Shown one piece after another: positions 25,776 through 39,116 of a stretch of DNA of 64,000 nucleotides. Position 1 is the stretch's first letter. Every line of letters starts with the position of its first letter. This stretch comes from Pristiophorus japonicus (lineage: Eukaryota): assembly GCF_044704955.1 (NCBI RefSeq), contig NC_091987.1:69130001-69194000 (forward strand). The letters are read 5' to 3'. Under the pieces are notes generated by a model. The model worked only from the letters and a program-made list of their open reading frames with translations. It made no database searches and was not told the DNA's origin. The translations under genes were made by a program, and so were the position numbers.

Positions 25776-28700
25776 AAACATAGAAAATAGGAAACATAGA
25801 AACATAGAAAACAGGTGCAGGAGTAGGCCATTCGGCTCTTCGAGCCTGCACCACTATTCAATATGATCATGGCTGATCATGTAACTTCAGTACCCCATTA
25901 CTGCTTTCTCTCTATACCCCTTGATCCCTTTAGCCATAATCTAACTCCCTTTTGAATATATCTAATGAACTGGCCTCAACAACTTTCTGTGGTAGAAAAT
26001 TCCACAGGTTCGCAACTCTCTGAGTGAAGAAGTTTCTCCTCATCTCGGTCCTAAATGTCTTACGCCTTATCCTTAGACTGACCCCTGGTTCTGGACTTCC
26101 CCAACATTGGGAAAATTTTTCCTGCATCTAACCTGTCCAATCCCGTCAGAATTTTATATGTTTCTATGAGATCCCCTCTCATTCTTCTAAATTCCAGTAA
26201 GTATAAGCCTAGTCAATCCAGTCTTTCTTCATGTGTCAGTCCTGCCATCCCGGGAATCAGTTTGGTGAACCTTCGATGTCCTTCCTCAGATTAGGAGACC
26301 AAAACTGTACACAATATTCAAGGTGTGGCCTCACCAAGGCCCTGTATAACTGTAGTAAAACCTCCCTGCTTCTATACTCAAATCCTCTCGCTATGAAGGC
26401 CAACATGCCATTTGCCTTCTTCACCGCCTGCTATACCTGCATGCTAACTTTCAATGACTGATGTACCATGACACCTAGGTCTCATTGCACCTCCCTTTTT
26501 CCTAATCTGTCACCATTCAGATAATATTCTGCCTTCCTGTTTTTGCCATCAAAGTGGATAACCTCACATTTATCTACATTCTACTGCATCTGCTATGCAT
26601 TTGCCCACTCACCTAACCTGTCCAAGTCACCCTGCAGCCTCTTAGCATCCGCCTCACAGCTCACATTGCCACCCAGCTTAGTGTCATCTGCAAACTTGGA
26701 GATATTACATTCAATTCCTTCGTCTAAATCATTAATGTATATCGTAAATAGCTGGGGTCTCAGCACTGAACCTTGCGGTACCCCACTAGTCACTGCCTGC
26801 CATTCTGAAAAGGATCCATTTATTCCTACTCTTTGCTTCCTGTCTGCCAACCAGTTCTCTATCCACGTCAATACATTACCCCCCATACCATGTGCTTTAA
26901 TTTTGCACACTAATCTCTTGTGTGGGACCTTGTCAAAAGCCATTTGAAAATCTAAATACACCACATTCACTGGTTCTCCCTTGTCCACTCTACCAGTTAC
27001 ATCCTCAAAAAATTCTAGAAGATTTGTCAAGCATGATTTCCCTTTCATAAATTCAGGCTGACTTGGACCGAGCCTGTCACTGCTTTCCAAATGTGCTGCT
27101 ATTTCGTCTTTAATGATTGATTCCAACATTTTCCCATGACTGATTTCAGGCTAACCGGTCTATAATTCCCTGTTTTTTCTCTCCTTCCTTTTTCAAAAAG
27201 TGGGGTTGCATTAGCTACCCTCCAATCCATAGGAACTGATCCAGAGTCTATAGAATGTTGGAAAATGACTACCAGTGCATCCACTATTTTTATGGGCACT
27301 TCCTTAAGTACTCTGGGATGCAGACCATCAGGCCCTGGGGATTTATCGGCCTTCAATCCCATCAATTTCCCTAACACAATTTCCTGACTAATAAGGATTT
27401 CCTTCAGTTCCTCCTTCTCTCTAGACCCTCGGTCCCCTAGTATTTCGGGAAGGTTATTTATGTCTTCCTTCGTGAAGACAGAACCAAAGTATTTGTTCAA
27501 TTGGTCTGCCATTTCTTTGTTCCTCTTTATAAATTCACCTGATTCTGACTGCAAGGGACCTACATTTGTCTTCACTAATCTTTTTCTCCTCACATATCTA
27601 TAGAAGCTTTTGCAGTCAGTTTTTATGTTCCCTGCAAGCTTACTCTCATACTCTATTTTCCCCATCCTAATTAAACCCTTTGTCCTCCTCTGCTGAATTC
27701 TAAATTTCTCCCAGTCCTCAGGTTTGCTGCTTTTTCTGGCCAATTTATATGCCTCTTCCTTGGATTTAACACTATCTCTAATTTCCCTTGTTAGCCATGG
27801 TTGAGCCACCTTCCCCGTTTTATTTTTACACCAGGCAGGGATGTACAATTGTTGAAGTTCATCCATGTGATCTTTAAATGTCTGCCATTGCCTATCCACC
27901 GTCAACCCTTTAAGTATCATTCGCCAGTCTATCCTAGCCAATTCACTTCTCATACCATCGAAGTTACCTTTCTTTAAGTTCAGGACCATAGTCTCTGAAT
28001 TAACTGTGTCACTCTCCAATGAAGAATTCTTCCATATTATGGTCAATCTTCCCCAAGGAGCCTTGCACCACAAGATTACTAATTAATCCTCTCTCATTAC
28101 ACAACACCTAGGCTAGGATGGCCAGCTCTCTAGTTGGTTCCTCGACATATTGGTCTAGAAAACCATCCCTTATACAATCCAGGAAATCCTCCTCCACCGT
28201 ATTGCTACCAGTTTGGTTAGCCCAATCTATATGTAGATTAAAGTCACCGATGATAACTGCTGTACCCTTATTGCACACATCCCTAATTTCCTGTTTGATG
28301 CCATCCCCAACCTCACTACTACTGTTTGGTGGTCTGTACACAACTCCCACTACCGTTTTCTGCCCTTTGGTGTTCCGCAGCTCTACCCATACAGATTCCA
28401 CATCATCCAAGCTAATGTCCTTCCTTACTATTGTGTTAATTTCCTCTTTAACCAGCAACACTACTCCATTTCCTTTTCCTTTCTGTCTATCCTTCCAGAA
28501 TATTGAATACCCCTGAATGTTGAGTTCCCAGCCTTGGTTACCCTGGAGCCATGACTCCATAATCCCAATTACATCATATCCATTAACAGCTATCTGCGCA
28601 GTTAATTCATCCACCTTATTACGAATGCTCCTCGCATTGAGACACAGAGACTTCAGGCTTGTTTTTTTTAACATTCTTTGTCGTTTTAGAATTATGTTGT

Positions 28701-29288
28701 AATGTTGCCCTTTTTGAATTTTGCGTTTGATTTCTCTGCCCTCCACTTTTCCTTATCTCCTTTCTCCTTTTTGCTTCTGCCCCCATTTTACTTCCCTCTG
28801 TCTCCCTGCATAGATTCCCATCCCCCTGCCATATTAGTTTAAACCCTCCCCAACAGCACTAGCAAACACTCCCCCTAGGACATTGGTTCCGGTCCTGCCC
28901 AGGTGCAGACCGTCCACTTTGTACTGTTCCCACCTCCCCCAGAACCAGTTCCAATGTCCCAGGAATTTGAATCCCTCCCTCTTGCACCATTCCTCAAGCC
29001 ACGTATTCATCTTAACTATCCTGCTATTTCTACTCTGACTAGCACGTGGCACTGGTAGAGATTACTACCTTTGAGGTCCTACTTTTTAATTTAACTCCTA
29101 GCTCCCTAACTTCAGCTTGTAGGACCTCATCCCATTTTTTTTACCTATATTGTTGGTACCTATATGCACCATGACAACTGGCTGTTCACCCTCCCCCTCC
29201 AGAATGCTCTGCAGCTGCTCCAACACATCCTTGACCCTTGCAGTAGAGAGGGAACCTATCATCCTGGAGTCTCGATTGCAGCCGCAAA
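25776..29288 (-). mobile_element. CR1 LINE (ORF1 esterase end plus disrupted ORF2), antisense in the last intron
   Basis: ORF1 end NTWLEEWC...DGLHLGRTGTNVLGG, APE (CLNARSIRNK, GDFNLH), RT (KFADDTK), and a (TTTCTATG)n-type tail at ~25776-25810. Confidence 0.92.
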
Positions 29289-30059
29289 CTGGAATCTTTT
29301 GGTCTGTATGGATTAATAAATCCTGGATGATGTTTTACCCAGTAGTCCACCACTGAATGCGTTGCAGCAGAGTGTGATTGAGGTGGATTATGTCTCTGGT
29401 ACATATTGGCCGCGTGGTGGCCTGCTTAAATACAACAGGTTGGCTGGCAGCACTAAACACACTGCTTATAGGGAGCTCACGGTTTGGAAGGGCTGTGAAT
29501 CCAGCGGGCCGGTCACACTTAAACATCCCACAGTTCTTAAAGACGAGGTTCATTTTTCAATGGTAGTCTGTGTGAACTGCACATTATTGAGGCAGCAAGA
29601 CATCAACCAGGGCCCCCTGATACTCCAATACAGCTATGGAGCTGCAAATGAGGAACAGGAAGGAAGTCTTCTTTACCAGTGATGGCTGCCAGGTGACCTG
29701 GCAAAGTAGCCAGCAACAGTGGAGAGTACTGGCTGGGCAGGTCAATCAATGACTTCAGTGAAATTAAAATCAGGCAAGGTCGTTAAAGAGCCTGCGATCC
29801 ACTCCACCAGACTACTGCCCAGGCAGTGAAGACAGAAATCTACAGTTTAGTTACTTCCCATTGGATGTTGGCGATTGGAACTGGGTACTTGACATTTCCA
29901 TGTGGCTTTGCAACATACAACATGAAGGTAGCATTTACGCTAAATCAAGGTCAGGACAAAAATGTAATGTAAAATAATGTGTTGTGTTTTTTAATGATAA
30001 GTGTGTGTGTGTTCTTATTGTTGCTTGTTATTTCTGTTACAGGGTAATGTTTTTTTCAG

Positions 30060-30303
30060 CAGTGAAAGTCTGCATTATGCATCTGTTCATGTCAACCATC
30101 CTCTAAAGAGGAAGCAGAAACAGAAATTTAAAAGATCAGAGCAGGACCAGGCAACTGTATACTCTGTTTTAAAGGTCAAAGATAAAAATAATCCATTCTA
30201 TGAAGAATCGGTACATTACTCCACCATTACCATTCGTCCCACATCAAACAGAACACAAACTGCTAACTACAATGCAACCACGTATGTTTCGCTTAAGCTT
30301 TAA
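30060..30303 (+). CDS. IgSF receptor last exon: cytoplasmic tail with four ITIM/ITSM-like motifs
   Basis: Motifs LHYASV, TVYSVL, VHYSTI, TTYVSL and stop TAA at 30301-30303. Acceptor ttttttcag|cag. An alternative phase-0 acceptor exists at 30042. Confidence 0.8.
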
Positions 30304-30544
30304 ATATTTGATATACTTATTTACTTGGCTTTAAACTCTGATGTGATCTAACAACAAATGCAATTTCAATGAAGTACAGCTTTGCAGCGAAAAATACATA
30401 ACCAAGGGTAATATGACAGTCATTGTTCCTTTAAACTGAACTCAAATAAGGTATTGATGGTTTAAATGCAAGGTGATGTTTACCAGATTCATTGAACATG
30501 AATATGCTTCATTTACTACCTTTTAAAATTAGTTAAATACTATT

Positions 30545-30570
30545 AATAAATAGTTTGATGATTTAATAAA
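30545..30570 (+). terminator. Tandem polyadenylation signals of the IgSF gene
   Basis: AATAAA at 30545-30550 and 30565-30570, followed by a U/GU-rich tract, about 240 nt after the stop. Confidence 0.6.
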
Positions 30571-32639
30571 GTTTATTACATTTTCCTACTTGTTTTTTTG
30601 ATTGACTGCATTTGTGTATTTTTCATATCTTAAGCATAATCAAAAATATTGGGTTTTTTTGTTGCGTTTTCTGTCAAGGTAATTGATGTCTTAAATCAGA
30701 CTGTGTGGCGATTTTCACCTCTCGATCATCTCACTTGCACTCAAAACTGAGGCAATAGTGGATGGAAAATAAAATGGCTGGTCATCTCGCCTACTTACTT
30801 GTTTTGAATAATTGGTCTGATTTTCGAGGTCACATCAATCCTGGTGGTCAGACCTCCACATTAAACAGGCCTTATGAATAAATTCAAATTGTGGTCAAAT
30901 GGCGATGCCGACCCCAATTTTGCAACTTCATTGTCTGACTGCCACCGCTTCCTGCTCCCACCCACCAACCATGCTATTTGAAAGGATCCTCAGCTGCTAT
31001 CAAGTAAAGTTGTATCGAACATTTGGAGATAGCATTATTGCTGTAGTTTCTGGTTTTCCTTTTGACCTTGAAGGATTTAAAAGTACTTGCAGTTGCTAAT
31101 GTAAGTTGTTAATTACAGAAGGACCTAGACAATATTTGCAAGTGAGTGGAATTTTGGCAGATAAAATTCAATGGAGATAAACGGAAGGTCTTGCACACAA
31201 AATTGATTGAATGGTATTGGACTAGCTAGAAAGAGGCAGAAAGTGACTTGGGAGTGAGAGTCTCAACACTGGTCTTGTTCAGTCATTGCAGAGTAGCAAT
31301 TACCAAAACAAACAGGGTGCCGAGCCATATTGGTAAATCAGAAAAAGTATAAATCTATAGTAGAGGCTGTCATGCTGAAGCTGTATGGAGCTCTGCTCAA
31401 GCGCTGCACCTTAAATATTGCATTCAGTTATGATCACCAAGGAACAGGGAAACATTTAAGTCTCGGGGCAGGACAATACCACTTTTCGTAAGTTTACCAC
31501 TGCTGGAATTTAAAATGCTGCAGCCATATAAAGTGGCACTTGTGTTTTTGGAGATTAAAAAAACTGGAGTTGCCAATATGACAGAGAGAACAGCAGCCTT
31601 GAGGGTGTCAGGAGGGCAGGACGCTCCATAAGAGGCTGGCTCAGGCAGCATGGTGCGAGGTAACAGAGGCATTCAGTGCAACCTCCACCACCCCAAAACT
31701 GTCATACAATGCAGAAAAATACAATCACCTCATAAGAGTAAGCGAGGTATGTCAAGGCACTGTTGCTAATCCACATCTTGTACCACCAATTCCCATCTTC
31801 TTATCTATCATACTACTTTTCTACCAGCATCTGGGTGTCAGGGATACTAACATGCACAAAAAACAACCTCTGCAAGCACCCAAGCACCATCTTTACTCAA
31901 AACCATTCTGTCACCATACATTACCTGCGATTACTGCTAGTCTTCAAGAACACAGCATTGCATATAAATTACAATATGGAAACTGTCCATTCAGCCCAAC
32001 CAAACTATGTTGACACAAGCAGTAGTCCTAATCCCATGTACCCGATCTGCTCCCATGTTTCTTTTTCCCCTTTCCTCAACTACCCATATAACCTATTCTA
32101 AAATGTTTTTCTTGCTTACTATCCTAAATCTCTTCAATTTAATCTTATATTTATGTACTTTTGTTCTAGATCCCTCAACTATTGAAAACAATTTGTTTCT
32201 ATCTAATCTATCGCATCCCTTCATAATTTTAAACAATTCTATCAAATCACCCCATAATGCCCTCTGTTTTAAGAAAAGAAGCCCCAATCTTCTGCATATG
32301 TTATTTCCTCATACCAGGCAGCATCCTAGTGAATCTGTGCTGTACTCTCTCTATTGCCTCAACATCCTTCTTTTTGTATGCCCAGAATTATAGAGTACTT
32401 CAGCTGTGGTTTTACTAAGATTTTATAAGAGATTCACCATTACATATTATATCCTATACTTCTTGCCATAACATCTAATATTCCATTAGTTTTTTTATGG
32501 CCTTATCCACTTGAGGTTGCTTTTAATGTTTTGTGACCCTAAACCCTCAAATCTCTCTGCTCTTCCACCTCACCCAGCTTTCCCCCCATTCAAAGTATTA
32601 AAAAAAATCAGAATATAACACCTCATATTTATGACTAAA

Positions 32640-33348
32640 GGCCAGAATTTACTATAGCTGGTAAATGACTGGTGCCGATCGTTTGTTAAACTTGCTGTTG
32701 CCCATTTAATTTCTATGACCTTTTGCACTGGAAGTTGGTGTAAGTTCACGATCCAAACAGTGCAGCACCCTCTACAGAGCATCTGGGATCTGTGTGAACA
32801 GGGCATGCAACTGTGTGTCTCCTTAACCAGTCAGATTGAAGTATTGTTAATGAACACTGCAGAGTCTGGACCAGGAAGTATAAGTTAGAATAGTTAATTC
32901 AATGTCAAATCAGGTACAGGAAGCAAAATAAAGAGAGGAAAATAAATATTGGATTGAGAGAGAGAGAGAGAGAGAGAAAAAAGAGATGGAAAGAAAAAGT
33001 AAAACAAAAATTAAATTAAAAAAAATCTCCAATAACAATTGAAATCTGAAGGAATGAGAATCCACACTTGTAAAAGTTAATTTTCAATGCCAGAGAGGTT
33101 GTTTGGCCGCAATTAAGACTTATCACGCCACACAAGTACAGGAACTTCATGCCATTCAATACATTTGAATCGGGAGCCAGACAAGGAGATGCCATTTTTG
33201 CACAGTTTACAGAGGATCTTGGACAGCAACTTCTGGATTTTCACATTTAACTATGCACCCGTGCTCGCCTGAAATTGGTGCCTGATTTGCACATAAATAA
33301 CAGTGAGTGCTGTTAGCCTCACTATTCTTTTGGCAGTAAATTCTGGCC
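32640..33348. mobile_element. Non-autonomous DNA transposon (MITE, Harbinger-like termini)
   Basis: Perfect 14-bp terminal inverted repeat ggccagaatttact (32640-32653) / agtaaattctggcc (33335-33348). No clear TSD. Confidence 0.55.
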
Positions 33349-33397
33349 CATTGATTCCATCTGACACATTTTTTGTCCATACCACCATTCAATCAAT

Positions 33398-34152
33398 GGG
33401 GGGGAAATTGCCGTTGGAGGCTTCCTTCGTACAAATGCCTCCGACCTGAAAAAAATCTACGAAAATACTGGTGATCCCTGAGCAACCTACGATCCCGGTT
33501 GGAGGCCCAGATTCACTGCGCAGCACATGGGAAGATGCCTTTCAGGTACGGACACGCTGGAGTCATGTGAGCCTGGATCGCCAATCACTATGCAGTATTC
33601 TCATTGATAAAAATGGGAACTCCATTTGTATGGACCTCCTGTTACTATCAATGAGAATAATCCCCTAAAACACTGAAACACAGCATAATAAATAAATAAA
33701 ACAACTCACATATTTAAAATTAATTGAAATTAAATGTAATTAAATGTTTTAGAAAAAAAAAATATTTTTTGGATTAAAAAAAAAGTGTTTTAATAGCGTT
33801 AAAAATACGCTTACCTTAATGGACAGGGTTTTTAATATAAAACTGAGTGTTTACATTTATTTGTTATATGTTTTAATACTCTTACACTGGCAAAAATAAG
33901 ATGTGATTGCTTTTACCAGGTGTAAAAGTTTGAAGGACATTCGCTGGGCATGAGTTTGGCAAATAGCCCAATCTCCGACGCGCGGATGTCCTTCCTGCGG
34001 GGATGCATAGGCTCTGTCCAGAGAAATCTTGACAGATCAGAAAAGATGGTTTTTGGTGCATTCGCATTGCACCCCGAAAACCAGCTTTTGCGAGGCCTCC
34101 CCAGATCCGTGCGCACTTCGTATGGACCCAGTGAGGCCAGAATTTTCAGCCC
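33398..34152. mobile_element. Possible second MITE-like insert
   Basis: Imperfect termini ggggggaaattg / aattttcagccc with GC-rich subterminal arms around an AT-rich core. Confidence 0.3.
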
Positions 34153-34544
34153 ATTATTCTCTTGTACCTTCCTTTGGTCTCAGAATGATTTATTGTATCT
34201 CAAATTTTAATATTGTCTGCAAATTTGGACCCCACTCCCTCTAGCCTTATATTCAAGATGTTGACAGTGAACGGAAGCAGTCCTAGAACAAAACCCTGTG
34301 GGACACTGGAACCCATTTCCAAGCATCGAGAAACTGCCCTTAACTCCTACTCTCTTTTTCCTTTCTTTTAACAAGTTTTCAATCCAAGTTTCTACTTTTA
34401 TCCTCATTTCATACCCCTTAATCTTCTCCAATAATTTCCCTTGAGGTACCTAGTCAAAAGCTTTCTGAAAATCCATGTGCACCGCATCCCCAGTATTTAT
34501 CCCATCCACCATACTCGTTACTTCCTCAAAACGACGCAATCAGG

Positions 34545-37500
34545 TTGTTCAAAGCTGATCTCGATTTAAAGGGGCAATGCTTCTCCACCTCTCATCATCA
34601 TGGCATGCATGAACTCTTATGGGGAAGTGTCTGTGACACTTCTACGTCTTTAAATTGTGTTCCCTCCTTCCAAAGGAAAAACATATCAATAACCATTGCC
34701 ATAGATAAGCAATTGGGGGAGGAGCACCAACACTAAAATACCCGAGTCTGGGTGAAGAGAAGGTGTTAGCCTTCATAGGCACTGTGCTGCATGGCAATAC
34801 AGACAGCAGTTGGAGGAAGTAGAGCAACAGGAAGAGTCATCATCTGATGAGGAATAATTGGGTGATGGTGAGGGCGAAGCAAAAGAAAGAGGGAGAGCAC
34901 AATGCATTGCAACTAGAGAGGCCAGGGATCAGTTGATAGAGCAGTGCTTCTGGTGACCTGCTATTCTCCTCCTGAAAAGTTACACAAAGCTCCTCTACAT
35001 TAATACGCCCTTCACTACGACTTTAATCCTGCATTAAAGAACATTGAAACCATTCAGCCAACTTTTAAATGAATGATATAATGACATGTTGACAATGCAG
35101 AATCATGTGATTAACCTGATGCCAAACACAATAATTGCCTTCAATTCATCTCTGACCCAAATGTCAATTCATAAAGCTTTTTTAAAAAGATTTACTAATT
35201 TTACTAATCCTACGAGGCGCTCCCTCAGTGACTTCAGTAAAGCTGGTGGAAGGTTGCTGTTTCTCATGTTGAAACCTTTCCGATGCTCGTGGCTTTGAGG
35301 GCTTGGCTGCAGACGGCAACTCTTCAGCTGCTGCTGCGGCAGCTTGGTCCAGTTGGCTTTCATGGTACCATGCTGCATATTTATTGAGGGGGTGTTGTGG
35401 GAGCAGATGTGATGACATCCTGAGAGAGGGCAGCTCATGCCGCTAACATTACACCACTGACACTCTTACGGGGCTGTGGCTCATCAATCCCACTGATCTA
35501 TGGACTCCATAAAATGAGAGACACCACTGTCTCTCTAAGATGGAGATCAGGGCCTGAATGGCAGCCGTTTGAGCTCCACTAAAGCTACAAAGACAAGTGA
35601 CATAGATTCCTGTTGTGAGGGCCTGGCCGCAATGTCCCTGAAGGTGGACTACAGAGTGCTAATGCCATTCGAGAAGACACCACACACGCTGGAAATTAAC
35701 TCCCCCATACTTTCCGTCAAGTTGCTTTGCAGCCTTTCTAATATCTGCGTGAGGCAAGCAGTTTTGTTTACACAGCTGGACCCCGGAAGTCTGCATCTCT
35801 GTCCTGTCGAGCAGAGCTGGGAGAGGACCGCTCCCTAACTCATGCTGGGTGCTTCAACATGTGCAGAACACTTGAACTCATTCTCTGACCTAGTTGGGGT
35901 GCCAATCTCTTTGCTAATGCTTGGAAAGGCTGGATCATGTGACAGTGCCTTCTCCGAAGGTTTCTTCTTCAGGAGGTTCTTGCTGCTGAGAAAGGCTTAG
36001 AGGAAAGAGAAAAGGGGCAAGAGCTAGTGAGATACTGACAGGCTGGATTGTAGCAGATGCTGTTGTCATACTGGCCGAATGTGCATTTTTCTGAGATACA
36101 TGGAGAGGCACAAGCAATAATCAGAGACTCTGAAGATTTCAGTCTAGAGGCTTATTGGAACAATTTGGACAGCTCTCCACAGGGGCCTCCGCTGCTCCAG
36201 CTTTGATAGGATTGTCAGGTTGGCTGTTCCTCTACTGGTCTACCTCCTCTCCCTGATGTTGTGTGTTGTTTTCTCCTACAAGAAAAGTAGGCTAGAGCTA
36301 GTGATTGTGTACTGAAAAGGAGAGTGGAATGGACATGTGTAAGGCTTCTGCTGGAAGTGCTCATGTTGAGAGGGAGAAGAAACAAGAAATCAGGGTGGGG
36401 AGGTGCTGAATGGAAAGTAAGTGGCTGGAATGTGAAGTGAAGAAGGAATCATGAGAGAATTTGCTGATTCTGCGAATACTACAATGTGAGTGTTGGATAA
36501 GTTCTTTACCCTTTAAACAGATTCATGTAGCTAGAGACAATAATGTGTTTGATATTTCACTTAATTTTATTACTGACAAAACATTGATCTTAAACATCTT
36601 AACCACACATACAGAGTAATGCACATTAACCCTGTGTCCACAACTCACATGCATGGATATTAGTGAGGACCCATGAAGATGGCTTCTCCAAGCCTATTCA
36701 CGCCATCGGGTCTCGAAGGTAGCAGGAGGCTTTTCTTTATGTCTAAGTAAAAACATGGCATCTCTTTGCACTTCCTGTCGGATGCAATGCCATCCAATGT
36801 TTTAAGACGACCCAGTTGTTCGATTTAATTGCCAAACAGAGATGAGAGACCCCATGCCTTTTCACGTCATTCTGTTCCTTCCTATCATTGCTTTTCACCG
36901 AGCCATAGTTTTATTATAAACAGCCTTTGATGCACGTTCTTATAGCAGCATATTGTCTTTTATATTGCAGCAATCTTCTGCCCTTATACTCCTCCCTGCT
37001 GTGATGAAAAGCCTGCATTTTAAAAGCATGTGTGTTATCAGCATCATTAACAAGTCTTTCGAGAACATGATTTAAACCAATTCTGTCTAAATTACTGTTT
37101 TGTGTTTGTTAGAAATAAAAATAATGTAAAATATATCGATATTCTCAGTGAGAACAAAATGCTGTTAGCGGCTACTGTGAAGTAAGCAAATAAAAGGTGA
37201 GAGTATGCTTGGAATGAAAATAAGACGTGATACAGTGTGCCCTTGTGATGGGTGGAGAAGGATGTGATGCATTGGCGGAATTGTTCAGAGTGCTGGGGAA
37301 GGAAGAAGCATTGTTGCCAAGTGATATGCAGAGTAATGGAGAACTGAAGAGCTGTACTTACTCTTGCTTACTTGTGAGGTAATTGAAGTGCTTCCTATAG
37401 TGAATCTAGATCCTGAGGGTAATACTCCCACAGCTGATGCTTTCAACTACATCTCTCGAGGCCTAATGAACATCCATTTTTGGAATCTTCCTACCATTGG

Positions 37501-37700
37501 TGGGAGAGAGCACTTCCCTTCTTGCCCTCACCTCTTTGACCATGAGCTCTAGGGAGGCTACAGAAAATCTGTGGGGGCGGGCGGGGAGGTGCGGTTTGCC
37601 TGCGACTCATTTCTGACCAAATTCCTTCTTGCAACAATGAAACAGCTAAACCAGCCAGAAGGAAATGCAGCCTCCCTTTAAGAGATTGATTTCCACTTTA
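34545..37700. mobile_element. Highly decayed Harbinger-like remnant (Myb/SANT gene traces on -, possible transposase end on +)
   Basis: Minus strand ~37355-37410 reads HYRKHFNYLTSKQE near a gtaagt donor, resembling the QCRKKFNDL exon end. An acidic stretch at ~34810-34950 resembles a transposase C-terminus. Confidence 0.3.
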
Positions 37701-38522
37701 CATAGATCTTGACAGGCTCGCCATAAATCCTGCCCAGAATGTGGGCGAGCTTCTTGTTCCCAAAATCATTTGATGGGAAATTCAATGGTGTTTTCAAAAT
37801 GGCTCTTGGGGTGCAAGCTCCTTTCTGACTTGCTCATCCATGGCCATCCTCTGCCCTTCTTCCCCAAATCTCCTTTCTTCCATTACTTATGTTATCCTGC
37901 CTCTGATAGTGAAGGCATTTCAGCCCAAATTATCAGTTCAACCCTTCTCTCCTGTCATCATGCCTGCTTTAATCTCTCCTCTCCTCTCCCGGATACTCTG
38001 CCCTCCCAAATCCCGACCCCAATCCTTCATTACTCTTTGACCTTCCTACTCTCCTGCCGCCGTCCCAGGTTTGACTCCCTCCTAGATAAGCCGACAGCTT
38101 CCCTCTGTGCTTCTCTTGGCATCCTATGAAGAGCCCATCGAGGCACTCAGCGCTGCTTCCTTACGAGCAGCAACCCCAACTGTCCCATCCTATTCTCTCG
38201 CCGACCTTCCCGCCATTGGTGGGAGAGAGCACTGGGGGCTAATCTTGCCAATCCCATCCCCGTCCAACTCACTCCACCGCGCCCCCCCCGGCCCCAGTGC
38301 TGACCCTGTGGACACTGGCAGTGGGGCAGACATCACTGACCCTCTCCGCATCTTGTTCCAGAATGTCCGTTCGTTTGCGAACAAGGCCCTACCCATCAAT
38401 GAGCTTATCGTGGGTGATTGCATCGACATCATGGCCCTGACGGAAAGCTGGTTGAGGGGCGATGACACCTTACCCTTAAATGAAGCCTCCCTGCCTGGCT
38501 ATACCTTCCACCACCAGACCAC

Positions 38523-39116
38523 CATAAGAACATAAGAAATAGGCACAGGAGTAGGCTATATGGCCCCTCGAGCCTGCTCCACCATTCAATAAGACCGTGG
38601 CTGATCTCTCAGCTCCACTTCCCCGCCCGCTCCCCATAACCCCTTATCCCCTTATCGGTTAAGAAACTGTCTATTTCTGTCTTAAATTTATTCAACGTCC
38701 CAGCTTCCACAGCTCTCTGAGGCAGCGAATAGCACAGATTAACAACACTCTGAGAAAATAAATTTCTCCTCATCTCTGTTTTAAATGGGCGGCCCCTTAT
38801 TCTAAGATCATGCCCTCTAGTTCTAGTCTCCCCCATCAGTGGAAACATCCTCTCTGCATCCACCTTGTCAAGCCCCCTCATAATCTTATACATTTCGATA
38901 AGATCACCTCTCATTCTTCTGAATTCCAATGAGTAGAGGCCCAACCTACTCAACCTTTCCTCATAAGTCCACCCCCTCATCTCCGGAATCAACCTTATGA
39001 ATCTTCTCTGAACTGCCTCTAAAGCAAGTATATCCTTTCGTAAATATGGAAACCAAAACTGCACGCAGTATTCCAGGTGTGGCCTCACCAATACCTTATA
39101 TAGCTGTAGCAAGACT
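38523..39116 (-). mobile_element. CR1 3' fragment
   Basis: ORF 38609-39277 [14 protein letters not shown]...GYGERAGKWS, with tail (ttcttatg)n at 38523-38538. Confidence 0.85.

Larger units (their letters stand above)
31960..34545 (-). mobile_element. Old CR1 fragment (pieces ~31960-32600 and ~34153-34545) interrupted by two MITE-like inserts
   Basis: ORF 32093-32287 WGDLIELFKIMKGCDRLD and ORF 34207-34431 WIENLLKERKKRVGVKGSFS. Confidence 0.6.
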
